DNA of 64,000 nucleotides from positions 33,632,001 to 33,696,000 of the forward strand of contig CP068257.2 in NCBI GenBank assembly GCA_009914755.4, read 5' to 3'. The translations under genes and the position numbers were made by a program. The notes beneath the pieces were generated by a model. That model ran no database searches, was not told the DNA's origin, and worked only from the letters and a program-made list of their open reading frames with translations. Source of the stretch: the human T2T-CHM13v2.0 reference genome, Homo sapiens. Numbering within the stretch: position 1 is the first letter of the stretch; each line of letters begins with the position of its first letter. Positions 45,100 to 56,560 of this stretch are shown piece after piece.

Positions 45100-46200
45100 T
45101 CTCAGCCTAAAGTTATCCGATCTCGCTTTTGCTTGTGAGGCATGTCAATAAAGTCAAACCCAAGTTTGAGCTTTGATTTCGGGCCTCAGCTGATGACAGC
45201 TGTGCCGAGTTGATTTAATGGGTTCTGTGCAGATAAAGGCGGGGATTTGCAATGTTAAAAGTGTCTTCACAGGTGAGAAGACAAAGATCTCTGACATGCT
45301 TATTTCTCACAGTTCAGGTCCCCGACCCAGGCCTGGAAACACATCAAAGGCCACACCTTTCCTTCTTTTCATGCTCTCAGTCGGCCTTCTCTCACTTTCA
45401 GATTGCACCCCTGCACGACTCACCAGTCAAACAATGCAGTTATTATGCTCCTGGGAGAAGAAGGATAATTACCTCCACGGCCAGGTGCCAGTAGCAAGTT
45501 TCCCTGTGGCCAATTACTGTGTGGTGGTAAAACAGCTGAAGCTCTGTTTTTAAAATCTGTGTTGTGTTTTTTTTAAGCCTTTACTGTCATGTTGCCAGAC
45601 ACTGGCCCTGAGCCCTGCTATCGACACAGGGCGTCTAGCTTTGTTTTGAACGTGGGTTCCATTGTCTTTCACTCTCTCCCAACCTGGCATCTCATTATGT
45701 TTATATCTCCTTATCAGAGCCAATGAGCAAGGGGAAAACAGCTTCAGAAAGGAGGGAGCTGCTGCCCCACAGTTTCCATTTATCCAACCAAACCCAAACT
45801 GTTTTCATCCCTCATCAGCTGAGATGGAGTGACAGTGACTATAAAGAGAACTGATTGGCTTGGAGAAGGTGAGCATGATTTTAATAAGAAGAAAGTGAGG
45901 ACAGTAATGGAGCTTTTTGTCTTTTGAGTGACACATCTGGAAACTCCCCACTGGCCTTCTCCATTAGTTCGGTGAAAACCTATCAAGGAAACAAACAAAC
46001 AAGCAAAACACAAGTGAATGGCATTAAGTCCTGGCTGCAGAATAGTACTTCTTGTCTGGGGACAGATGTGTGCTGTGAAATGTTTATCCACCACCCCCCA
46101 TGCTTTTATTTGCAGCTGATGCTAATAATTATAACCAACATTTCAGAAATACCTTTAATATGCCAGACATCATCTTAAGCACACATGCTTTCTCCTCGGT
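45100..46200. promoter_or_regulatory. Candidate conserved cis-regulatory module: unique, CpG-retaining, TF-motif-dense
   Basis: Repeat-free block retaining about 10 CpGs (CCGATCTCGC, TTCGGGCC, GCCGAG, GGCGGGG, CCCGACCC, TCGGCC, GCACGACTC, CCACGGCC, CGACACAGGGCGTC, GAACGTGGG). Contains a MEIS half-site TGACAG inside tandem E-boxes CAGCTGATGACAGCTG (45187-45202), a PBX-HOX composite TGATTTAATGG (45211-45221), 3 CCAAT boxes, and CAGCTGATGCTAATAATTAT (~46113). Confidence 0.35.
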
Positions 46201-46350
46201 CACCTCAACAACCCTAACAAGGTAGTATTTTACTTTCCATTTTACAGAAGGTGATCTTGAAGCTTGGAAAGATTAGCATTACAGTGTTACAAAGCTAAGA
46301 AGTGACAGAAGATAGGTCTATTTCATACCAAAGCTCAAATCTCAACTACA
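46170..46350 (-). mobile_element. MIR SINE
   Basis: ...GTAGTATTTTACTTTCCATTTTACAGAAGGTGATCTTGAAGCTTGGAAAGATTAGCATTACAGTGTTACAAAGCTAAGAAGTGACAGAAGATAGGTCTATTTCATACCAAAGCTC... parallels the MIR reverse-complement (TATTATCCCCATTTTACAGATGAGGAAACTGAGGCACAGAGAGGTTAAGT...CACACAGCTAGTAAGTGGCAGAGC...). Confidence 0.6.
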
Positions 46351-46995
46351 CTGCTCTAAGGGGAACCTCTCACCTCCACTGGGCTACTTAAGGGGAACCA
46401 GCGACCCGACAGCCACAAGGCACTTCAGAAAAAAACGCACATTGCTGAGGGTCTAGGAACTCCCACCACATCCTCACTGCAGGTCCTTTATTGCTTTACT
46501 TGCCTAGTTGAGCATCAAACAACCTTAGTTTTTTGAGAGTGCCACTATTTTATCAGGTGTGTTAGTTTTGTGTGTCAACTAGATGAGCCACAGGAAGCTC
46601 AAATGAAACGTGATTTCAGGGTGTGTCTGTGCGGACGTTTCAGGGTAAGATTCGTATTTGAACCAATGGACTCAGTAAATTAGAATTCCCTCCCCAGGAT
46701 GGGTGGGCATCACCCAACCCACTGAGAGACTGAATGAAACAAAAGGCAGAGGGAGGAGGAATTCATTCTTCTACTTCCTGCCTGCTTGAGCTGGTACATC
46801 TCACCTCATCTTCTCCAGCTCTTGGACTGAAATTTATACCATCAGCATCCCTGCCTCTCAAGTCCTGAGACTTGGACTAAATTAAACCAACAGCCTTCCT
46901 TGGTCCCCAGCTTCTTGACAGCAGATCGTGGGTCTTCTCAGCCTCCATAATCACATGAACCAATTCCTCAAATCTCCTTTCATATATGTATTTTA

Positions 46996-47062
46996 CACAT
47001 ATATACACACACACAAACACACACACCAACACACACACACACCTATAGATACACTCACACAT
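46996..47062. repeat. Imperfect (CA)n microsatellite
   Basis: CACATATATACACACACACAAACACACACACCAACACACACACACACCTATAGATACACTCACACATC. Confidence 0.8.
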
Positions 47063-47519
47063 CTAGGTATCTGTACATATGTCCTATTGGTTCTGCTTCT
47101 TTGGGAGAACTCTAATACACCAGGTGTTTCAAGCAAAGAACTTTGCTAGCCTGTAGTGTTAACCTGCAGACTGCTAGAAATTGTCATGAGTACACCCATT
47201 TCTTTTAGCTAGTCTCTGGGATCTAGTAGATAGGATCGCATAAACTTCATGGTTGACAAACCCCAACCATATGGACGTGTCAGGAGGCCTGTTCCCATAT
47301 TTGAACACGGCTTCTGCAGCTTCTGCAGGTGCAGATGGTCATTTTATTTTGCTGAAAACTAAGTGTATACATTCATTTTTTTTGTGTTCAACTCTGGTGC
47401 CAACTGGAGTCCCCCAGTCACTGAAGATCCAGAGATGAGCTCCAGTGCCTTTTCTGTGACTTGTGTAAAGTAGAACAGACCAGTCCCCAAGAGGTTTTCA
47501 GACTCTTTTGGTTTGGAGG

Positions 47520-47877
47520 TGATACGGTCTGGCTGTGTTCCCACCCAAATCTCATCTTGAATTGTAGCTCCCACAATCCCCATGTGTCATGGAAGAACCC
47601 CGTGGGAGGTAATTGAATCATGGGGGCAGGTTGTTCCTGCGCTGTTCTCGTGATAGTGAATAAGTCTCATGAGATCTGATGGTTTTATAAAAGGCAGTTC
47701 CCCTGCACACGCTCTCTTGCCTGCCACCATGTAAGACATGGCTTTGCTCCTCCTTTGCCTTCCGCCATGATTGTGAGGCCTCTCCAGCCATGTGGAACTG
47801 TGAGTCCATTAAACATTTTTCCTTCATTAACCAGTCTTGGGTATATCCTTATAGCGGCATGAGAACGAACTAATACA
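47520..47877 (+). mobile_element. THE1-type MaLR solo LTR
   Basis: TGATACGGTCTGGCTGTGTTCCCACCCAAATCTCATCTTGAATTGTAGCTCCCACAATCCCCATGTGTCATGGAAGAACCCCGTGGGAGGTAATTGAATCATGGGGGCAGG...AGAACGAACTAATACA, with flanks GGAGG / GGAAG (near-TSD). Confidence 0.85.
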
Positions 47878-48062
47878 GGAAGGATAGGGATAGGGTGGGA
47901 TGGGGGCCCTGGAGCAGACGGTCAAGGTACCAGGTCTTCTCTGGTTCCCTCCATCTCCCGCTTCTGCTGCAACAGTTGTGGGTCACATGTTTTCCTGCAC
48001 CCCATCCATGTTGTCCCTTTCATGCTCCTTGGGTCCAGACAGAGGACTTTAGCTCTTATTAG

Positions 48063-48109
48063 CCCCACCCCACCCCACCCCCTCCGCCACACACACACAC
48101 ACACACACG
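48063..48109. repeat. (CCCCA)n plus (CA)n compound microsatellite
   Basis: CCCCACCCCACCCCACCCCCTCCGCCACACACACACACACACACACG. Confidence 0.85.
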
Positions 48110-48445
48110 AATTATGGACTGAATGCTTGTGCCTCCCTCAAATTCATATGTTAAAAACCCCACCCACTAATGTGACAGTATTAGGAGGTGGGGTCTTTGA
48201 GAGGTAATTAGGAATAGATGAGCTCATGAAGGTGGAGCCCTCATGAATGGGATTCACATCCTTATGAGTCCTGAGAGAGCTTGCTTCCCCTCCTTACCAG
48301 GTGAGGACACAGCAAAAAGACAGCAATGAACCAGGAATTGGGCCTTCACCAGGCACCAGAACTGGGAAAAATGAGTGTCTGCTGTGTGAGCCACCCAGTT
48401 TACAGTATTTTGTTGTGACAGCCAGAGCTCACTCAGACAGGGACA
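48108..48445 (+). mobile_element. MLT1-like MaLR LTR
   Basis: TGGACTGAATGCTTGTGCCTCCCTCAAATTCATATGTTAAAAACCCCACCCACTAATGTGACAGTATTAGGAGGTGGGGTCTTTGAGAGGTAATTAGGAATAGATGAGCTCATGAAGGTGGAGCCCTCATGAATGGGATTCACATCCTTATGAG...TGTCTGCTGTGTGAGCCACCCAGTTTACAGTATTTTGTTGTGACAGCCAGAGCTCACTCAGACAGG. Confidence 0.7.
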
Positions 48446-48700
48446 CACATGCTCATCCCTCACCACACACACACACACGATCGTCCCCCTCACACACATG
48501 CACACACACAGACACACACATAGGTTCACCTCTCTGTCCTCTCTTTCTTTTTCTTGGATACACATTCACTTTCATTCTCATACACATTCACAGACACACA
48601 TGTTCACACAGACACACATGCTCACACATGCATTCTCACTCTTACACACACACACCCTTCCTCTTTCTCTTTCACATACGCATCTGAGAAACCTACACAC
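48440..48700. repeat. Degenerate CA-rich / (CACACAT)-type complex repeat block
   Basis: CACACACACACACGATCG...CACACACATGCACACACACAGACACACACATAGG...CATACACATTCACAGACACACATGTTCACACAGACACACATGCTCACACATGCATTCTCACTCTTACACACACACACCC. It produces the spurious His/Thr-rich ORFs at 48301-49123. Confidence 0.85.
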
Positions 48701-49555
48701 ACAAAAAACCCTTTATATATAATATTCTTATACACAACAGGTATGGCTTTGGGGAAGTTGAAGAGTGTCTTATGTCACACCCTTAACTACTTAAATTTAA
48801 ACGTTAGATTCTCATTTATAAAAGTCTTTTGCACTTTCTGTGATTCTTCTGTGCTCTCCCTCTTTTCCTTCCTTTCTCTTCGTTTCTCCCTCACCTCCCT
48901 TAATACCCGCTTCGTATCCAGCAGAGAGCAGCTAGTTGGCTTTTTGTTCCTCTGTCTTCTGCTTCCAGGGTCTTCCCTTTTATTCCTGGCAGCTTTAGGA
49001 AGTACAAAGTTTCATTTATATTCACATTTTCAAAAAATAAAAAGAACTTGCACAATTATAAAACATAGTACAATGATATCAAACAAATCTGCAATCTTGA
49101 TAATGAGAATTAATCAATTATAAATGCAAATGCAAATGTGTAGATTATTCTAGAAAAATAAATAAGTGGTCTTTATCCTATTAAGGAATCTTTAGTAAGC
49201 TTGCAGCTTGATCCAATCTGATCAGGTGAAACTGTATTATGGTTTCATTGAAAACATTAGCCTAAATAGATAAAAGATAAGATAATCAGCTTGTTAGCAA
49301 CTTTTAAAAACTGGTAACTTTTTTGATAATACTTTTCAGTCCCTTTCCATCACTTGGCAGTTAATTCAAGTGATATTTTCTCTCAATTTCAGCTAAGATG
49401 CTTACCAAAGAGGACATGTCAAAATCATAACTCATACCCTGGCTGTCTTAGGCTAGCTAGGGCAATGTAGCATGGTGGTTAGCACATAGGCTGGGCTGGT
49501 AAGTCCAGCAAACGTGGGTGTGGATCCTAGCCTGGTCACTTACTACCTGTGCAAC

Positions 49556-50058
49556 TGTTATGGGTTGAACTGTGTCCTCCCAAAAAAAGATATACTGAAG
49601 TCCAAACCCCTGTGACAGCCCCTGTGACTGTGACTTTATTTGGAAATAAAATATTTGCAGACACCATGAAATTAAGATGAGGTCATTTGGGTGGGCCCTC
49701 ATTCAAGATGACAAATGTCCTTATAAGAAGAGGGAAGTTTGAACAGAGATGTGCACACGGAGAAGAAGTCTCAGTGACCACAGAGGCAGAGCCTGGAGTG
49801 ATGCAGCACAAACCAAGGAAGGCCACGCATTGCTGGCCACACCAGGAGCTAGGAAGAGGCAAGGGAAGATTCCTCCCAAATTCTCAGCGGGAGCATGGCC
49901 TTGCTGACACCTCACCTTAGGGTATCTAGTTTCTAGAACTATAACAGAATACATTTATGTTGTTTTCAGTCCCCCAGTTTCACCCAGTTTGTGGTACTCT
50001 GGGATATCATTGCACCCCGTTTGTGCTGTGGTATGGCAGTTCCAGGGAACTAATACTG
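49556..50058 (+). mobile_element. MLT1-like MaLR LTR (near full length, with an internal duplication at the 3' end)
   Basis: TGTTATGGGTTGAACTGTGTCCTCCCAAAAAAAGATATACTGAAGTCCAAACCCCTGTGACAGCC...GACTTTATTTGGAAATAAAATATTTGCAGACACCATGAAATTAAGATGAGGTCATTTGGGTGGGCCCTCATTCAAGATGACAAATGTCCTTATAAGAAGAGGGAAG...GCTGACACCTCACCTTAGGGTATCTAGTTTCTAGAACTATAACAGAATACATTTATGTTGTTTTCAGTCCCCCAGTTTCACCCAGTTTGTGGTACTCTGGG. Confidence 0.7.
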
Positions 50059-52202
50059 TAAATCTCATAATCTCCATCTGTGTAAAATGCAAATCACAAT
50101 GCTGATAGTAGTGCTTCCCTAACGAGTGTATTATGAGGATTCCTCAGGCAGACATATGTCACATTCTTTGCACAGTATCCGGCACTTATTAGATGCTCAG
50201 TACATGTTGCTTTTATTAACAAATGTTAGTTATTATCAGACATAAACAGCTGAGGTCCCTGCACTCCAGGTAGTTATAATGTTAGGGGTCTCATCCATCC
50301 ACCCAAGATGCCAACCATTTCTAGAACATGTCTACTTTAATATCTCTAGCTATACAACTGATTGTAATTTTGTACTTATTAATTTAGGGCTACAAACATT
50401 TCCTAAGAAACGTTCCATAAATAGTTATAAAAACCATTGAATTGTAAGGAATGAGCTATTAATCTGAGCCATTGGGCATTACCTTGATATCCTCTTCACT
50501 ACCCAGAAAATTGTTAAAGGGAACCTTCCTTGATCAGTAAGACCTGAGCCTCCTGTAAGATCTGCTGCCTTCCCGTTTCTCTGGATTCTGTAACCATGAA
50601 AGTTGACTTTTGCCTTGATGCTATGGACCAAGCCCGGCTCTGACAACCCCACAGCTAAGATGTTTAATGGATAGAATATAATGTTTCCTTCCCTATACTT
50701 CTTACTCTATGATTTTTAAATTTTCTAAAATAAACATGCATTATTGTAATAATTTAAACACATAAGATATGTTTTTTCATATTCAATGCTACTTTCAAGT
50801 AGAATAGAGTCTGATAGAAAAATATAAAGGAAAAATCATATTTCTGATGTACATTTGTAGGAATGTAGTATTAAGCTACAAAATGCTGTGCCCACAATCT
50901 GTTTCTAGATGAGCCTCGGTTTCCTTATTTGAAAATGATGCTAACAAGGGTGTACCTCTCCGGACTACTGTGGAGACTGGATATCCTATGAGGGACTATC
51001 ACAGGGTCTTTAATGCAGTAAGTGCCTAGCTTCCTGCTTCTCCTCCCTTTATATTTCTCGTAACTTTTGAATAAATTTCCATGAATTCAAGAAAAAACAC
51101 AGTCTTTGCTTGTTGGTAATGTTATCTGTTTTGTTTTGTTTTTCCTGAATCATGTGGAAGGTAGCTTCTGAAATGTCTCCCAGTGACCCCTGCCTTCTGG
51201 CAGTCACAGTCTTATGCAATTGTCTTCCCTTGGGTGTGCACTGGCCCTGGTGACTTGCTCCGAAGGAACACAATTCAGCAAAAGGGATGGGAGTTCACTC
51301 TGAGGTTGGGTTACAAAAAGACTATGGCTTTCATTTTGCACAGCCTCTCTTTCTCTCTCACTTGTTCAGCCACCACACTGTGAGCTGCCCCATGGGAAGG
51401 CCCATGTGGCAGGGAACGGAGCGTGGCCTCTTGTCGACAACCATGTAAACGAGCTTGAAGTGGATCCCTCCCTAGCTGAGCCTTCAGAGAACTGAAGCTT
51501 CAGCTTATACCTTGATTGCATCTTTGTGGAAGACCCTGAGCCAGAGGCACCCCACTAAGGCATCTGGATTCCTGACCTGCAGAAACTCAGAGATAGTGAA
51601 CATTGTTGTATGAAGACACTCAGTTTTAGCATAATTTGTTGAGTAGCAATAGTTAACTAATGCAGATCAATACATTTCATGCAGTCATTCTCTACTATTT
51701 TTATTCTAACCCTTCTAGGTGGCAACAATCTCCATTTTGTCACACACATACTCTCAGACAACAGTTTGTTATTCTCACTCTCATTGCCCCCTAGTCCTGT
51801 GTTCTGCAGAGGCCTAGCTAGATGCTACCTATTGATAAAACAGATGATGCTTCTTTCCTACAAATGCCCCACTCTGGTCCTTGACTCATGCCCTAATAGA
51901 ACCCATGTCCCTGTGAAAGCTCTCTCAAAAACTACCTTTTCCCTCAACACAATGAGTGTGTAGCGCCCAAATATGGAGGCTTGTGCAGGTGCGGGATGCC
52001 ACAACCTCAGGATGGAGTGGCTTCCAGGAGAGTCCATATAAGTGAAGAAGGGCTGTGCTGCTGAACTACTAAACCTAAGGATGATGTCAAGATATGCCTG
52101 GGAAATGACAGCAAACTGTTGCACAGGAATGACTGAGAATCACTTCGCCAACCAACACATGTGTGACGCAGTCCACTGATTTTTTAAAAACTGCTGTACT
52201 GA

Positions 52203-52551
<349 letters not shown>

Positions 52552-53103
52552 TCATGTACACAAAGCTGTATCACTGATATTTTAAAATTTGAATCTCTCC
52601 TGTGTTTACAAACGGAAGGGAAACAGAACAATGATTGTAAAAAAGCTTTTGCCCCAACAGTCAAATATTTTACCTCTATGCAAATAATAATAATTATAAA
52701 TAATTTTGAAAAAAGTGGCCAAACTACAAAAAATTCTAATGAGTATTTTTGGCTTAACTGAATTAAAAGCAATAAAAATAGAAGTTCACTCAAGTCATTG
52801 TCATATTTAAATCATATAGTCACAGTATCTATGTGTTAACGTCCTAAGAGGCAAAATTGCCAGCAATTTATTCATCAGGTAATATAGGTAAGTAAAGAGC
52901 AGCTTTTTAGGCTAAATATTTTAGTTAACTATTTTAAAGTCCCCGCACAGTAATACACAGAACCCCAAATCATGCTGATTTTGTTGTTGCTGTCACTTTG
53001 GAATCCAATATCAAATGTCCTCTGGCCATTTCCTCCTTGGTAACAGCCAGGGCAGTTCTGAAAGTACATCCTTCCCCAATTTTCTTAGAACTTGTAGTGT
53101 TTG

Positions 53104-53469
53104 TGATATGGTTTGGCTGTGTCCCCATCCAAGTCTCATCTTGAATTGTAATCCCCATAAACCCTAGGTGTCAAGGGAGGGACCCAGTGGGAGGTGACTG
53201 GATCATGGGTGAGGTTCCCCCCATGCTGTTCTCTTGCTAGTGGGTGAGTTCTCAGAGCTGATGGTTCTACAAGGCAGTTTTCCCTGCTCTTGAATGCTCT
53301 CTCTCACCTGCCACCATGTAAGACGTGCCTGCTTCCCCTTCTGCCATGATTGTAAGTTTCCTGAGGCCTCCCCAGCCATGCAGAACTGTGAGTCAATTAA
53401 ACCTCCTTTCTTTATAAATTACCCAGTCTCAGGTTTTTCTTTATAGCAGTGTGAGAATGAACTAATACA
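53104..53469 (+). mobile_element. THE1-type MaLR solo LTR with perfect 5-bp TSD
   Basis: TGATATGGTTTGGCTGTGTCCCCATCCAAGTCTCATCTTGAATTGTAATCCCCATAAACCC...CCAGCCATGCAGAACTGTGAGTCAATTAAACCTCCTTTCTTTATAAATTACCCAGTCTCAGGTTTTTCTTTATAGCAGTGTGAGAATGAACTAATACA. The TSD GTTTG is at 53099-53103 and 53470-53474. Confidence 0.9.
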
Positions 53470-54112
53470 GTTTGTTTTCTTAATTTTCATGTCTGAGCAC
53501 AGAACAGAATTGAGAAGTAAGAAAAATTATATGTAGGAAAATTTTCCCATAATTATTCCTTCAATGTCATTGTATTCCAATGGCCAGCAAAAATAAGGCG
53601 TGAATAATATCACAACCTCATTGTTGACCTTGAGAAACAGAACTTGACTGCAAAAGTCAAGACATGCCCGACTGATGGAGCTTAAGGCCAATGAAAAAAA
53701 GAATGATAGAGTCAATGACTGGGTGGTTAAGGAGACATAAAGAAACCAGCCATTTGAATGCGCTCAATGGAATAAATAACCTGCAAAAATTAACCCATGA
53801 GCCACAGTGTGCCCCCTTTTTGATCAGCTCCTGATGCTGTTTGGGGTGTTGAGATAGCCCCTAGAAGGGATCTGGGCACATGCTGCATTGCTCATGAACT
53901 GTCTGTTTTATGAACCTTGGACTTTGAGATCTTGGCCACTGCTGCCTGGATGATGTTCCCAAATCATATCTGGTCAGTGTAGAGAGAGATGGGAATCTCC
54001 ACATTCCACGATGTTGCCAGCTCATTGAGCAGGTACTCCACAGATGAGTTCAGTCCTCTTCATATAATTCCTTGTGAGTCATTTCCCAGAATAAGCCCAG
54101 GCACTTTGCCAG

Positions 54113-54491
54113 TGTATTAGTCCATTTTCATACTGCCATAAAGAACTGACCCAGACAGGGTAATTTATAAAGGAAAGAGGTTTAATTGACTCACAGTTCA
54201 GCACAGCTGGGGAGGCCTCAGGAAACTTACAATCATGGTGGAAGGCAAAGGGGAAACAAGGCATCTCCTTCACATGGTGGAAGGAAGGAGAAGTGCAGAG
54301 CAAAGGGGGAAGAGCCCCTTATAAAACCATCAGATCTCGTGAGAACTCACTCACTATCAGGAGAACAGCATGGGGGAAACCTCCCCCATGATTCAATTAC
54401 CTCCCCATGGTGTCTTCCTTGACATGTGGGGATTATGGGGATTATAATTCAATATGAGATTTGGGTGGGGACACAAAGCCTAGCCATATCA
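54113..54491 (-). mobile_element. THE1-type MaLR solo LTR (minus strand)
   Basis: TGTATTAGTCCATTTTCATACTGCCATAAAGAACTGACCCAGACAGGGTAATTTATAAAGGAAAGAGGTTTAATTGACTCACAGTTC...CCCCATGATTCAATTACCTCCCC...ATTCAATATGAGATTTGGGTGGGGACACAAAGCCTAGCCATATCA is the reverse complement of the THE1 LTR. Confidence 0.85.
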
Positions 54492-55891
54492 TCCTGGTAC
54501 ATGGGACAAGTCTTGCCATTTCTCTTCCATAATTCCTTTTTAACAATTGTTCCTTGCCCAGACTTAACTTCTTTCTGGGTTGCCTGTTTTTATATTTCTA
54601 TACCTTTTTGCCCACTTTAATTATCCTGCACATCTAAAAAGGTACGCACAGCCACCAAAATATGTGTGTGTGTTTTCTGCTAACTTACAATTTCACAAGC
54701 TGGAGAGGCACTTAGGAACTTCAGTTACAATATGTTTTCAGTCTTTGACATAATAAAACATACGCCACATACAAATGAAGTTTAGCACTCAAATCAGTTA
54801 AAAATCTTCCTACATGTTATTAGAAGGGGTGATTTCATCAGGCATGTTTCTTAAATCAATATGCAATAAAGTCTAAAGTGAGGTCAACCCATTTAACAAT
54901 CGACACCCCCACAAAAATAATAGGGATGAGGTGGGAAGGGCCTAGGTCTTAGTATTTATTATGTTTCCATTAATATTCTGCAGCTCTGTGTAGCTCTCCT
55001 GGGTCATGGTTCTCAACTCCTCCAGGGAGTGAAGTTTGAAGCTGGAGATGTGGAGAAGGAACACAGAATTTGTTCTCAAGTCTCTAAGTCTCAAGTCTCT
55101 AAGGTGATTACTTCTCCCTGCTTCTTGACAAATCCATCAGCTCTTTCCAAATCTAAAAAAGAATCAGGGATATGCCATGTTTTGGGAATAAGGTGTATAG
55201 TTTTTTTTTTTTTAGAGGTAATACGTTTGTGTGTCATTTATCAGAAAATGTAGGTATTGAGTCAAGAAATAATTAAAAATCACATATTTTGCTTCCTTGT
55301 TACTAAACATTAGCTATTATGTTACAATGTAATAATTTTAAAAGTAAGCAGGGGATGACTATTTTATTAAATTTAAATAATAATATGTAATATCAAAGAG
55401 ATGGTTTTTAGGGGAGTCTTGAAATATCTTTATAAACAGTCACATACTTGAATGTATGTGTATATAATATAAATATAAAATATATACATGTATCATTGTT
55501 TTATATTAAATGGGTACTGTATATATTTATAACTATATCTAGATCTATATATCCACCAACTCCCTCTTCTGGGGTCCCATAGCATCTTCTGTATACCATT
55601 ACATTAGTTCTGACTTATTGTACTACCACTTTCTTTTTAAATATTTGTCTTTCTCTCTTGACTGCTCATTCCATGAAAACAGAACCTGTGATTTATTTGA
55701 CTGCTGAATCCCCAGTTATTGATACAGTGCCTCAGATCCAATAAGTGTGGACGAAGTGTTTGGAAAAGAAGCAAGGAGTGATTCCAGATTGATCAATAAT
55801 CATACACTGATTCAAAACCCTGAATCACATAGGATTTTGCCCACTTTAATTATCCTGCACATCTAAAAAAGTGTGCACAGCCTCCAAAATT

Positions 55892-55919
55892 TGTGTGTGT
55901 GTGTGTATGTGTGTGTGTG
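55892..55919. repeat. (GT)n microsatellite
   Basis: TGTGTGTGTGTGTGTATGTGTGTGTGTG. It lies within the second copy of the local duplication. Confidence 0.9.
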
Positions 55920-56467
55920 CCTGTAGCCATTCACAGGAATATTGCCTGGGGCAAGCACTGGAAGGAGGTTCTGCTAACTTACAATTTCACAAGCTGGAAA
56001 GGCACTTAGGAACTTCAGTTTCAACATGTTTTCAGTCTTTGACATAATAAAACATATGCCATATACACTCACATAGGATACAGTCACAGGATTCAGGGTT
56101 TTGAAGGATGTCTTCATGGTACAAAACTTTAAACTGTTTGCATTCAGAAGATAAAAATACTAAAGCTCTTCCTGGTTTTCTTGACATTCCCAAGGAAAAT
56201 GCTTTTTTTTTTTTCTACTAGCAAGTCTTTATTCCTTTAATAACGTCATATGATTGCATCGTTTCTGTTATCTACTGCTGTGTAACAAAGTACCCCAGAG
56301 CTTAGTAACTTAAATCAACCATTTTATTTTTCTCATAATTTTGGGGAGTCAAGAATTTGAGAAGGTCTTGGCTAGATGATCCACCTCTTTTCCACGTAGC
56401 TTTAGCCACAGGGACGCTGGGGCTGGAGGGGTCACTTCTGAGATGGTCTCTTTACTCACATGCCTAC

Positions 56468-56560
56468 TCCTTGTGCTCTTGGCTCTCCTCTCTTCTCCTC
56501 CCCTTTCTTCCTCCCCTCCCCTCTCCTTTCCTTTTTCTCCCTCTCCTTGTGACATTTCAC
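56468..56560. repeat. Polypyrimidine (CT-rich) tract on the + strand
   Basis: CTTGGCTCTCCTCTCTTCTCCTCCCCTTTCTTCCTCCCCTCCCCTCTCCTTTCCTTTTTCTCCCTCTCC is roughly 90 nt of almost pure C/T with mirror symmetry. Confidence 0.85.

Noticed and set aside
48301-49123. ORFs of 128, 74 and 189 aa rich in His/Thr/Ser (HTHTHSHT...)
   Set aside because: These are direct translations of the degenerate (CA)n / CACACAT repeat block and are not genes.
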